A program made the position numbers and the translations under genes. 64,000 bases of DNA. Source: a virus. The notes beneath the pieces were generated by a model. It was given only the letters and a program-made list of their open reading frames with translations. It searched no databases and was not told the DNA's origin. Shown in pieces: positions 1 through 8,691 of this stretch (position 1 is its first letter; each line of letters starts with the position of its first letter). The DNA is taken from the IMG/VR virus record IMGVR_UViG_3300031576_000035, positions 3,504 through 67,503 of that record. One strand, 5' to 3'.

Positions 1-377
1 GCTCCCAGGAACACCGCCGTCGCCAGGAGAATCAGAAGGCCGAGCACCAGTACCCAGCGAGCCGTGATCACCAGCGCGGCCAGGACCACCCCCACCGTCG
101 CCAGTACCAGCCACCCCAGCCACGGCTTCAGACGCCGCCAGCAGCGCGACAGTAGCGGCCTGGGATCGTAGGCGCGATCCCAGGAGACGCCGTGCGGGAA
201 CAAATCGAGTGCGATCCAGGCCAGCGGCACCAGGACCGCCAGAGCGACGATCGACGCTGGCACCAGGAAGTACGGCTTGATGCACGGCCACTGGCGAGTC
301 AGGGCCGCACTCCCCTCCGCCACGGCGGCAAAGGGGAGGTTGAAGAAGAAGCGCAGATCGTCTTCGAGATTCGTCAT
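1..377 (-). CDS. multi-pass membrane protein, runs off the left edge
   Basis: Hand-translated MTNLEDDLRFFFNLP...WLGWLVLATVGVVLAALVITARWVLVLGLLILLATAVFLG; AAGGA RBS upstream; not in the ORF track because no stop lies in the window. Confidence 0.6.
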   Translation of the reverse strand, partial: MTNLEDDLRFFFNLPFAAVAEGSAALTRQWPCIKPYFLVPASIVALAVLVPLAWIALDLFPHGVSWDRAYDPRPLLSRCWRRLKPWLGWLVLATVGVVLAALVITARWVLVLGLLILLATAVFLG

Positions 378-613
378 GATAGTTCCTTTGCTCGTTGTCG
401 CCGCTTGCTCAGCATTAATCGGGGTTCACAATGATTCGCTCACGAATTCGATTCTCAACTGATTTTCGTATAGCGGTTTCCTTGGTAACGGTTCCCGCTC
501 TCGGTCACCGATAACCTGTCAAGCCTGCACCGGGGCTTTCCGCCGCGTTTATCGTTCGCGGTAATACGGGGACGCTCTCTCCTCGCGTCCCAATACGGAG
601 CAACTAACCGTAC

Positions 614-1015
614 CTAGTTGCCAGTACACCGGGCCGGTGTTCGCTCGGCCAGCGATCGCTCGACTTCGACGAGCAGTTCCTGCCGCATTTCGTAGCGCGG
701 CGTCTCATCAACGTAGTTCAAGAACCAGCGGCATCCGCCTGGCTCGTCGATACGCTGATCCGTCTCGTGACAGATCCGCGTGAAGTATTCCTCGACCTCG
801 ATCACGGTTCCGATGCCGTCCTGCCAGCCGGTGAAGCCGATGGGACACGCTGCCTCCACAGGCCAATCACTGACGCATTGCAACGGCGGCGGCGCCGTCG
901 TCGCACCCTGGATCAGGCGCGGATCGTCCTCCCGCAGCGCCTGGCGCAGCGCCTCCAGCCCTGCCGTCGAAATCTGCGGGGCAACGCCGATGCGCCAAAC
1001 CTGTTGCCAATCCAT
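614..1015 (-). CDS. conserved hypothetical protein of Gemmataceae type
   Basis: WQQVWR.G..P..ST.GLEALR.AL..DDPRL.QGATT.PPPL.CV.DWPVEAAC...GCRWFLN..DETPR resembles a family I recall from Gemmata-like genomes; AAGGAGG RBS. Confidence 0.7.
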   Translation of the reverse strand: MDWQQVWRIGVAPQISTAGLEALRQALREDDPRLIQGATTAPPPLQCVSDWPVEAACPIGFTGWQDGIGTVIEVEEYFTRICHETDQRIDEPGGCRWFLNYVDETPRYEMRQELLVEVERSLAERTPARCTGN

Positions 1016-1026
1016 ATCGCACCTCC

Positions 1027-1218
1027 TTAGTCCGCAATGCGGACAATGGTGATCTCATCATCGGCGTCGAACAGGCCATCCGCCAGAGCCGCCTCGTTGC
1101 GCTCCGCCAGAGTCGCCTCGACACGATCCAGCGCGTCGAGCGCCCGGCCGATGTCGCTAAACTCGCGCAGTTGGCGGATCGCGTACTGGACGTCGATCAA
1201 AATTCCAAAATCTGTCAT
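1027..1218 (-). CDS. small hypothetical protein
   Basis: 63-aa ORF with AGGAG RBS, tightly packed. Confidence 0.55.
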   Translation of the reverse strand: MTDFGILIDVQYAIRQLREFSDIGRALDALDRVEATLAERNEAALADGLFDADDEITIVRIAD

Positions 1219-1230
1219 GATGTTCTCCTG

Positions 1231-1260
1231 AAAAACCGGCGGGTATGGGCGCCCCGCCGG
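1231..1260 (-). terminator. probable intrinsic terminator
   Basis: Minus strand CCGGCGGG-9nt-CCCGCCGG followed by TTTTT, just after the 1273 stop. Confidence 0.55.
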
Positions 1261-1272
1261 CCGTCGTCGGGT

Positions 1273-2352
1273 TCAGTTGTCCGAAGGCATGGCGACGATA
1301 CCGCCTTCGGCGTTGACGCGCAGAACGGCTTCCTCGATCTGCGCGTCGGGAACCTGCGCGGCGGCAAACGCCTTGCCGGCCTTGACGGCGTCTTTGCCGC
1401 CGTCGCACTTGCGCAGGATCACGGATTCATCCAGGATCCGCAGGACGAATCCGTACCAGCGGGTCGGCGATTTCCGGCCGCCGCCCGAGTAGTAGTCGGC
1501 GCCGAACTCGACGGCGTCGCCAATGCTCCAGTCGGGGGCGAGATAGTAGCTGTCCCCGTGAGCCTTGGCGGCGAAATCGCGATCCAGGCCGCCAGGCTTG
1601 GACGGATCGACGCTGATGATGGCGAGCCAGTTCTTGCCGCGCGAGTGCGACTCCCAGCATTTCGGCGGCACCTGCGTCAGGGCGCCGTCCTCGATGTCCA
1701 GCTCGATGTCACCGGCCGCCATGCCAAGTTCATCGCGCCGCTTTTGCCGCGCGGCGGCCTCCTCCGCGTCCGCGATTTTCTGCGCGGCAATCTCCTCGCG
1801 CTTCGTGACAGCCCTGGCCTCGGCCTCGACGAGAGCCGACGCCTGCGCTACCGCATTGGACGCGTCCAGTTCGGCGACCCAGGCCGTCGCCTCCGGGGAC
1901 GCAAGCACGCTCTTGTCCGCGCTGTTGGGCCAGCAGGGCTTGACGATGCGGTAAATAGCCGATCCCAATCTGTCAGCGGAACAGACTGTCTCGGACGAGC
2001 CCCGTGTCTGGCGCTCGCGCAGCACCTGAAGTGTTTGCTCGTGGCGATACGCATCACGTTGCGCCGCCTTCGCCTCCCAGGTCGCGCGCCGCCTATCCTC
2101 GTTCTCCAGCAGTTCGGCCGGCGTTGGCGCCGCGTCGAAGAGCAACCCAATCCAATCATCCTCGTCGCAGCGCGGCCGCGTGGTGTCGATCATGAGGTTG
2201 CCGTCGCTGAATTTCGCCAGCGCGACGAGAGCCGGAAAACTCGGATCGTCACGCGGGACATCGAAGTAATACTCTTTCTGTCCGGTGCCGCCGGCCAGGA
2301 TTTCGGCCTTGCGGCCAGATTCGCTCAACTCGATTTTCACGATCAGACTCAT
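1273..2352 (-). CDS. hypothetical protein (about 359 aa, central coiled coil)
   Basis: Likely start MSLIVKIEL at 2352 after AGGGAG; C-terminal region SRGKNWLA...GADYYSGGG. Confidence 0.65.
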   Translation of the reverse strand: MSLIVKIELSESGRKAEILAGGTGQKEYYFDVPRDDPSFPALVALAKFSDGNLMIDTTRPRCDEDDWIGLLFDAAPTPAELLENEDRRRATWEAKAAQRDAYRHEQTLQVLRERQTRGSSETVCSADRLGSAIYRIVKPCWPNSADKSVLASPEATAWVAELDASNAVAQASALVEAEARAVTKREEIAAQKIADAEEAAARQKRRDELGMAAGDIELDIEDGALTQVPPKCWESHSRGKNWLAIISVDPSKPGGLDRDFAAKAHGDSYYLAPDWSIGDAVEFGADYYSGGGRKSPTRWYGFVLRILDESVILRKCDGGKDAVKAGKAFAAAQVPDAQIEEAVLRVNAEGGIVAMPSDN

Positions 2353-2450
2353 GACTCGCTCCCTATCGTTGCCACCCCTGCGCCACTTTGGGGTGGCAAT
2401 CTCGTATTGCCGTGGCCGCCGTACCTGGACTCTCCCCCGCCCCTCGAAGA

Positions 2451-3251
2451 TCAACCCGCCATCTCGACAACCGCATCCGCCGCCCGGACTTCGGCCTCGA
2501 ACTCCAGCTGCGACGGAATCACCAGCCCGCAGGCCGCGTCGAGCAGGCCGTGCAACGTCGTCGTCCGACTCGGCAGAGCATCCATGTTCCCCTTCAGCGC
2601 CTCGGTAACAGCGTTGAATAGCCTCCAGGCCGTCTTGCCATCGCGCTCGAACTCCTCATGACGAGGCGTTCGCCACTCGGTGAGCACGGTGGGGATGCGC
2701 GTGACCGGCACAACCTGCGTGTCCAACGCGCGGATCACCAGGTCGTGAACCTGACTGTCGGTGAGTTCGGTGTGGCGATAGGCGTCGAAGCGTTGCTCCT
2801 GTGTCCGGCGCAAGAGGCCGATCCGACCGACAGCCGTCTCGATCAGACGAGGCAGGTCGCGTTCGATGTGCGCGGTGTGCTTCCTGGCGAGCCGAATCTC
2901 GCCGCTGAAACTGAGGTTGTCGCAGACGAACACCTGCGACCCAACCACGAGACCGGCGGGGAACTTCTTGTCGTGGCTGTTGCGGATGCCCACGACGAGG
3001 CCGTGGTCGCCGTCGTCCGTACCGTTGCGCAGTTGAATCAGACCGAAGTAGCGCATGCCGTCCGCCGTCAAACCGTGGCTCTCGCTCACGGTGATGAGGC
3101 CGCTAGCCGTCAGTTGCTGCTGGATGCCGTCCAGCAGCCTATCGTGCGCGATCGGCACCCAGGTTTCGGTACGCTCTGGCGTCGCGACCGACGCCAGCCG
3201 TTCCCGATCAACCGTCCGCGCTCCCGTGTGCAAAACCAAGTTAGCTCGCAT
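2451..3251 (-). CDS. DUF932/DUF945-family phage protein
   Basis: Motifs TWVPIAH, GIRNSHDK, VFVCDNL, ARKHT, TAWRLFNAVTE. Confidence 0.75.
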   Translation of the reverse strand: MRANLVLHTGARTVDRERLASVATPERTETWVPIAHDRLLDGIQQQLTASGLITVSESHGLTADGMRYFGLIQLRNGTDDGDHGLVVGIRNSHDKKFPAGLVVGSQVFVCDNLSFSGEIRLARKHTAHIERDLPRLIETAVGRIGLLRRTQEQRFDAYRHTELTDSQVHDLVIRALDTQVVPVTRIPTVLTEWRTPRHEEFERDGKTAWRLFNAVTEALKGNMDALPSRTTTLHGLLDAACGLVIPSQLEFEAEVRAADAVVEMAG

Positions 3252-3282
3252 GACTCTCTCCTGTTGTTTAGGCGACATTGGT

Positions 3283-3310
3283 ATTATAGTAGCCTGTACT
3301 ACTGAGTCAA
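3283..3310 (-). promoter_or_regulatory. near-consensus sigma70 promoter
   Basis: TTGACT-16nt-TATAAT on the minus strand upstream of the DUF932 gene. Confidence 0.7.
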
Positions 3311-3339
3311 TAGTGATACGCGGGAATCAGGAAGATTTT

Positions 3340-3720
3340 TCATCGCCAGCCGTCCACTCCTCGAGGCAGACCCCCCGTCTCCAGGAATGCCGCAATGTCG
3401 GCACGAATTTGCTGCGGCGTGCCGAATCGCACATACTTCGTCCCGTCCACCGTCGCCACGAAAACGTATGGCGACGCATCATTGCGGCGCACGAGCAGCG
3501 TCTTGCCGTGCGCCTCCAGACGGATCGTTTCACCCTTGCGCGGCAGGCGCGGCAGGTTCATTGGCAGCACTCCTCCAGATCGCGTTACCAGCAGCGCGTG
3601 CCTCGGTACAAGCTTTGTCGTCGATGGCATGACGTCGTGGTCTTTGCAGGCGATGTGATAGACGAGGTAGGCTTTGTAAGCCTTCTCGTAGACGAACGCC
3701 GCCGCGTGTTCGCTATTCAT
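3340..3720 (-). CDS. hypothetical protein
   Basis: ORF with GGAGG RBS before MNSEHAA. Confidence 0.45.
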   Translation of the reverse strand: MNSEHAAAFVYEKAYKAYLVYHIACKDHDVMPSTTKLVPRHALLVTRSGGVLPMNLPRLPRKGETIRLEAHGKTLLVRRNDASPYVFVATVDGTKYVRFGTPQQIRADIAAFLETGGLPRGVDGWR

Positions 3721-4072
3721 TTTCCACCTCCTCCAGCCGGAGGCCGAGGTTAGCGGCTCTTCGCAGGATAGCAGCCTTCTCATCGCGAACTTCGGCGTCG
3801 TCAGGGCGCCAGCCCTTGAACTCGCGACACGTCAAGCGGTGGTTTCTGGTCGTCAATGTGTCACCGTTGATGCCCTGCGACAGGGCGATGGCGAACCAAC
3901 AGCACCCACAGTCTGGGCTTCCGTCGATCTCTTTCTCGATGGAGACACGCAATTGCGGGGCGATGGCTTCCAGAATGCGCTGGTACACGTCGGCCAGGTC
4001 CGCATCGGCCTGCAAGGCCGCTTCCAATACTTCGTCTAGCGAGCACATGGGCGTTGGCCCGAATGCCATCAT
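3713..4072 (-). CDS. hypothetical protein
   Basis: 119-aa ORF overlapping the next start. Confidence 0.5.
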   Translation of the reverse strand: MMAFGPTPMCSLDEVLEAALQADADLADVYQRILEAIAPQLRVSIEKEIDGSPDCGCCWFAIALSQGINGDTLTTRNHRLTCREFKGWRPDDAEVRDEKAAILRRAANLGLRLEEVENE

Positions 4073-4132
4073 GCTTGACGCGGAGCTTTGCAGATTTCAT
4101 TTTCATTTTTCACCTCTTTTTACAGGGAAACG

Positions 4133-5099
4133 TCAGCGCACCTTGCGCCGGACGCGGCAGAACAGCCACGCCAGTCCGTAGGACAGCGCTGCCAGGATCA
4201 CCGGCAGCGACAGCCATCCCGTGGCAATCAACAGAGGGTCGTTGTGCCTAATGGTGTCGCGCCGGCCGTCATCAACGCCACGGCCGAGTGCCGCCAGTAC
4301 CTGAGTGTGGAACAGCGACCAGTATTTGCAGATCGTGTTCATGGTTTCCCCTTCTTCGCCGGTCGTGGCGTCGCCACCCAAGCAAACGCCAACGAGGCCA
4401 GCAGTTGACTCAGCAGAACATGCTCACCGGGGTAACGCTCACCCTGGCGCAGGACGGCGTCAGCCGCCAGTCCCACGCCGACGAACGCCAGAACCCCGCC
4501 GACGAACCGAATCCAGTTGATCAGCCTCCACATGCCGCACCTCCATCTGCCTCGGTGCCATCCGCGACGGCACCGAGCCAGCGCTCCAGCGAACCGAGGC
4601 CGCGAGCAGCGAGGTAGAGCGCCTGCCCCACCAACGCTACCCAGAGTAGATACACTACAATCATCGTATCATCCCATCGGACAAATGACGCCAACGAACT
4701 TCTGCACCACCGTCTGCGCCGTCACGCGCACGGGGAGATCCTTCGAGAAGACCTCCAACACGATCTTGTCATCGTACTGTCCCCTTAGTAGGCGCCCGTG
4801 CCGTCCGAGTCGTCCGTACCAACGAGGTACACGACTCCCCAGAACATAACTACAGTTGCCGCAGCAAAGATCACCGTCATAACCATGATCATTTGTCACC
4901 TCCATTCGTCCATCGCCCGCTGTTCGACGACCTCGTCGATCCGCTCCTGTTCCTCGCGCCAAGCGAGGTAACCGAGCCGGGCGCAGGCGAGCCGCTCCTG
5001 CTCGTCCTCGCACCGATCGAGGTATTCGAGCAGCAGAACTCCGGCACCAAGAACCGCAACCGCCGACGCCAAAATCACCGTCAACCACAACGCAAACAT
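4133..5099 (-). CDS. run of small membrane proteins (4133-4342, 4339-4533, 4521-4664, 4785-4892, 4896-5099)
   Basis: Each encodes a hydrophobic helix, e.g. MIVVYLLWVALVGQALYLAARG, MIMVMTVIFAAATVVMFWGVVYLVG, MFALWLTVILASAVAVLGAGVLLL; overlapping or abutting start/stop codons. Confidence 0.5.
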
Positions 5100-5240
5100 G
5101 TCAGGACTCCTTATTCCAAACTCCAGCCGTTGGGCGTCGCCGCCAAGACGTCGCCGTTGCCGCAGTCATACAACGTCGGATCCGTGTAGTTTTCCCCGTG
5201 CGAACGCGCACGGTAGATGTCGAGCGTATCGTCCAGATTC

Positions 5241-5630
5241 CACCGTGTCACTGTATCACCAGGGCTCGGTCTCCAGATCACCGGTAACCGCTACCATGAC
5301 ATCGTGTGGTAGCTCGCGGCCGCATAGTACGTAGGGGGTGTCGCTCCCCTGCCGGCTGGCCTGGAGTAGATCGTAGTCTGCCTCCAACTGGACGCACACC
5401 TCCTGAAGCGCCTCCTCTCCCACCATGTCTCCAGCTGGCGTTCGCAGGACGGCACGGCCGCCGCCGTCCGGCGAGTGCCATACCATGACGTGGTACAGCT
5501 TCACCCGCCACGGATCGCGCGGGTTGATCTTGGCCGCTCTCATCGGCGATTCCTCCAATTCCAGAAGGCCATCGCGGTGCCGATGGCGGCACCAATGAAA
5601 CTTGCCACGACAACGCTGATCAGTAGTTCC
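5241..5630. repeat. 390-bp direct repeat, copy 1
   Basis: Identical by eye to 6806-7195 (offset 1565 bp). Confidence 0.9.
5256..5543 (-). CDS. hypothetical 95-aa protein, copy 1
   Basis: MRAAKINPRDPW...ETEPW with GGAGG RBS; duplicated. Confidence 0.55.
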   Translation of the reverse strand: MRAAKINPRDPWRVKLYHVMVWHSPDGGGRAVLRTPAGDMVGEEALQEVCVQLEADYDLLQASRQGSDTPYVLCGRELPHDVMVAVTGDLETEPW

Positions 5631-5644
5631 AAAACCCAGTTCAT
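5540..5644 (-). CDS. single-pass micro-protein, copy 1
   Basis: MNWVLELLISVVVASFIGAAIGTAMAFWNWRNRR, ATGA-coupled on both sides. Confidence 0.5.
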   Translation of the reverse strand: MNWVLELLISVVVASFIGAAIGTAMAFWNWRNRR

Positions 5645-5961
5645 CGACTATCCCCCCTCTGTAGCACGTGATAGATTGCGTTACAAGCAACGCAAAGAGC
5701 GTCGCCTTCATCCCTGGTCAGCGTGCCGTCCTTGACCGCCTGAGCGGCCCTCGCCTCGCGCAAGACAGCCGCTTTGGCTTCAGCCTTGTCCATCGGGTCG
5801 CCTTCAATCCATTCGGCACGCAAACAATGTGTGCCGGATGCCTCCCAGCACATGCCATGTGGCGTGTCCGCCGTCATCACGCCGTAGCGTCCCTGGCTCG
5901 TCCTTACCAGATCTGCCCCCAGGCGAATGGCCAGATCACGCACTTGCAGTGGAGTTGCCAT
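5641..5961 (-). CDS. hypothetical protein
   Basis: 106 aa with AAGGAG RBS. Confidence 0.55.
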   Translation of the reverse strand: MATPLQVRDLAIRLGADLVRTSQGRYGVMTADTPHGMCWEASGTHCLRAEWIEGDPMDKAEAKAAVLREARAAQAVKDGTLTRDEGDALCVACNAIYHVLQRGDSR

Positions 5962-6179
5962 CTTTATCTCTCCTTAGTAGGCCATCTTATTGGCCGTCGT
6001 CACGTTTCAGCACCCGATCCGTGGATCGAGTACAAGCCTCTTCGGCCTCTTCGGAGGTTTCGAACTCTCCAGCCTCATTGGAAGCTGGAGTACGCGAGCC
6101 GTCGGGCCGCAAATATTCGCCGCTCGCGTCACGGATTACATAAACCATGTTCAGTCTCCTCAAGTGGGCGCTGCCAGAA

Positions 6180-6555
6180 TTACTCAGCCGCGTGACCGGC
6201 ACAATAACCAGCGATCCAGCATCCCATCAGGATGCCACCCGCGACGCACGTCGGCAGGTTGACGGCCACACCAGCCGTCAGGTAGGCCATGGCGATGACC
6301 GTACCGAACAGCGTACCGGCGATCGACGCCGTCACCGCTACCAGGACCGCACCAGCCAGAACGTTTTGCAGAACTTTCATTGTCATTCTCCCTTGTTGAA
6401 CGAACGAAACCTTAACCAAACCCCTGCCGCTCCAAGATGGCGGCAGCAACCCTGACCACCAGTTGGCCGATTCCCCAACCAGCGCACCAGATCAGGCCCA
6501 GGATCAGGCCGATACCCAATTTCTCCAGCGCCAGCAGAAAACTAATCGTCATCAT
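6180..6555 (-). CDS. two small membrane proteins (6180-6386, 6412-6555)
   Basis: MTMKVLQNVLAGAVLVAVTASIAG... and MMTISFLLALEKLGIGLILGLIWCAGWG..., both with RBS. Confidence 0.5.
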
Positions 6556-6595
6556 TTTCAGTCTCCTTCAGGGCGCCGCATTCATCTCTACTACT

Positions 6596-6623
6596 ACTAT
6601 AGCACATAGACGCACTATGTCAA
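6596..6623 (-). promoter_or_regulatory. near-consensus sigma70 promoter
   Basis: TTGACA-16nt-TATAGT with TGn extension; upstream flank resembles that of the 3283-3310 promoter. Confidence 0.7.
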
Positions 6624-6671
6624 TAGTAGTACACAGGAAAACGAAAAGATTTTCAGAAATTTTCCCAGCCA

Positions 6672-6806
6672 GGACACACGGCGGGAATCGAACCCGCCTC
6701 CCTTTCATCATTACCCCGCATGGTGCGGGATTCCCCGATATTCTGGTCCCAGGGCTGCCGTCGGGGTGCGAATCGCAGCGGCGCTCACCAGAGCGCTCCG
6801 TGTGTC
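6672..6806 (-). ncRNA. tRNA-like RNA with expanded centre
   Basis: 8-bp acceptor stem GACACACG/CGTGTGTC; 6-bp D stem GCGCTC-TGGT-GAGCGC; T arm GCGGG-TTCGATT-CCCGC; no canonical anticodon loop and no CCA. Confidence 0.55.
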
Positions 6807-7195
6807 ACCGTGTCACTGTATCACCAGGGCTCGGTCTCCAGATCACCGGTAACCGCTACCATGACATCGTGTGGTAGCTCGCGGCCGCATAGTACGTAGG
6901 GGGTGTCGCTCCCCTGCCGGCTGGCCTGGAGTAGATCGTAGTCTGCCTCCAACTGGACGCACACCTCCTGAAGCGCCTCCTCTCCCACCATGTCTCCAGC
7001 TGGCGTTCGCAGGACGGCACGGCCGCCGCCGTCCGGCGAGTGCCATACCATGACGTGGTACAGCTTCACCCGCCACGGATCGCGCGGGTTGATCTTGGCC
7101 GCTCTCATCGGCGATTCCTCCAATTCCAGAAGGCCATCGCGGTGCCGATGGCGGCACCAATGAAACTTGCCACGACAACGCTGATCAGTAGTTCC
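6806..7195. repeat. 390-bp direct repeat, copy 2 (contains ORF 6821-7108 and most of 7105-7203)
   Basis: Same sequence as 5241-5630. Confidence 0.9.
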
Positions 7196-7205
7196 CAGAG
7201 CATGA

Positions 7206-7574
7206 TTACACCTCCTTAACCTCGTAGGTGCGCAGACGCGCACCGGCTTTGGCCATATCCGCCAGGGTGTACTCCTGCCCTCGCGGTGCCGCCCCTTCGA
7301 ACTCGACGACAGTCACCCGATCCGCGATCGCGGCCAGGTGCAGCGGCAGGTTGCCGAAGACATGCTTGCCGCGCACGTCGTCTGGCGTCGCCTGCTCGAT
7401 GATGGGGATCTCCTCGACGAGGTCGCCGGCCTGGCCGAACCAGTGGCCGACATCGGCCCGGACGAAGCCGGCAAGCTGGTTCCCCTGCCGCGTGTACTCG
7501 ATCCCCTCGGTACAGAGGGAGCCGGTGATGAACTCGATTGCGGCCGGATGACGACTGACGATGATCCTCTGCAT
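7206..7574 (-). CDS. csx16: Csx16 (VVA1548)-like protein, candidate cyclic-oligoadenylate ring nuclease
   Basis: IVSRHPAAIEF ... VFGNLPLHLAA ... PRGQEYTLADMAKAGARLRTYEV match the Csx16 pattern (SRH.GA.EW, VIG.LP.HLAA, RG.EL...M...GARL..Y.V). Confidence 0.7.
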   Translation of the reverse strand: MQRIIVSRHPAAIEFITGSLCTEGIEYTRQGNQLAGFVRADVGHWFGQAGDLVEEIPIIEQATPDDVRGKHVFGNLPLHLAAIADRVTVVEFEGAAPRGQEYTLADMAKAGARLRTYEVKEV

Positions 7575-7729
7575 GATGACATGCTCCTGTGTTATGTTGT
7601 CTCACTCCTACACTAGTAATACGCTCGCCGAGACCCGATATTTCAGCCGCGCACGCGAATTTCCAGAAATCTCTTGTCCCGAGTGCGACTAACGTCCTAC
7701 TATGATATAGAGAGGAGAACACCCAACCC

Positions 7730-8080
7730 ATGACGGAAAAAATTGTCACTCCCCATCGCACGACGGGGGATCTGCTTAAGCGCTTGCGCCTGCACGCCGG
7801 CCTCAGCCAGCAGATGCTGGCCGAAAAAAGCGGCGTATCGCTGGCGACCATCCGCACCTGGGAGCAGGGACGAAGGACGCCCATCAACGCGGGTTTTTTC
7901 CGCGTCGCCACGACGCTCGGCGTGTCGATGGATGTGTTTGGTGGCCTGGAGGACGGAAAGAGAATCCCGGATAATGAACGTCGCGAATTGACATATTCCG
8001 AGGAATTGGGACGTATCTTGCGCTGTATTAGAAAGTTACAGCGCAAGATGGAAAACACTAATGGTACCGCGCCGGCTTAA
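7730..8080 (+). CDS. XRE/Cro-CI helix-turn-helix repressor
   Basis: LKRLRLHAGLSQQMLAEKSGVSLATIRTWEQGRRTP; GAGGAG RBS; divergent from the csx16-like gene. Confidence 0.9.
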   Translation: MTEKIVTPHRTTGDLLKRLRLHAGLSQQMLAEKSGVSLATIRTWEQGRRTPINAGFFRVATTLGVSMDVFGGLEDGKRIPDNERRELTYSEELGRILRCIRKLQRKMENTNGTAPA

Positions 8081-8661
8081 TAGCCGCCGAACGCCCGCAT
8101 CCGGAAGCCGAACGCTGCTCCTCCGTAAGGAGCAGCACCTACACCGCAGCCGCTGCCAACCCCGTACGCGCCGAAGGCGGCACCAACGCCGCAGCCTGAA
8201 GCGTACACCGGCGGCGCGAAGGCAGGCGGTGGCAGGAACTGCTGTCCGGCGCCGTAACCGTAACCGGGAGCGAAGGCGTTTGCACCAACCCCGTAGCCGT
8301 AGCCAGGAGCGAAGGCAGCTGCACCCGCTCCATAGCCGTAGCCAGGAGCGAAGGCAGCTGCACCCGCTCCATAGCCATAGCCCGGTGCGAACACGCGCGG
8401 AGCAAACAGTCGCGGCGCGAACAGTGCCGCCGCCGTCCTGATCGGCGCGAACTGCAGCGATCGCGGGAAGCGGTTAACACCGAAGCCGGCACCGCCGAAA
8501 CCTCGACCAGCAAACGCTGCTCCACCAGCGACAACGGTGCCGCGAGGGCCAACCACTACACCGCCCCTGACGCCTCGGAAGTCGCGGAACTGTGCCTGCC
8601 CTGTGTCGCTGGCGACGAGCCAGGCAACCAGTGCGGCCAGGACAACGATTAAAGTCTTCAT
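8077..8661 (-). CDS. secreted Gly/Ala/Tyr-rich repeat protein
   Basis: Signal peptide MKTLIVVLAALVAWLVASDTGQA; 39-bp repeats encoding FAPGYGYGAGAAA at about 8255-8390. Confidence 0.7.
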   Translation of the reverse strand: MKTLIVVLAALVAWLVASDTGQAQFRDFRGVRGGVVVGPRGTVVAGGAAFAGRGFGGAGFGVNRFPRSLQFAPIRTAAALFAPRLFAPRVFAPGYGYGAGAAAFAPGYGYGAGAAAFAPGYGYGVGANAFAPGYGYGAGQQFLPPPAFAPPVYASGCGVGAAFGAYGVGSGCGVGAAPYGGAAFGFRMRAFGGY

Positions 8662-8691
8662 ATTTCATCTCCAATGGGCGTGTTAGCAGAA

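Noticed and set aside
6672-6806. Functional tRNA-Sec or other decoding tRNA
   Set aside because: No 7-nt anticodon loop with UCA, an oversized centre and no CCA; kept only as tRNA-like
5241-7195. 390-bp repeat pair as DGR template/variable repeats
   Set aside because: The copies appear identical with no adenine-specific differences, and no reverse transcriptase is present
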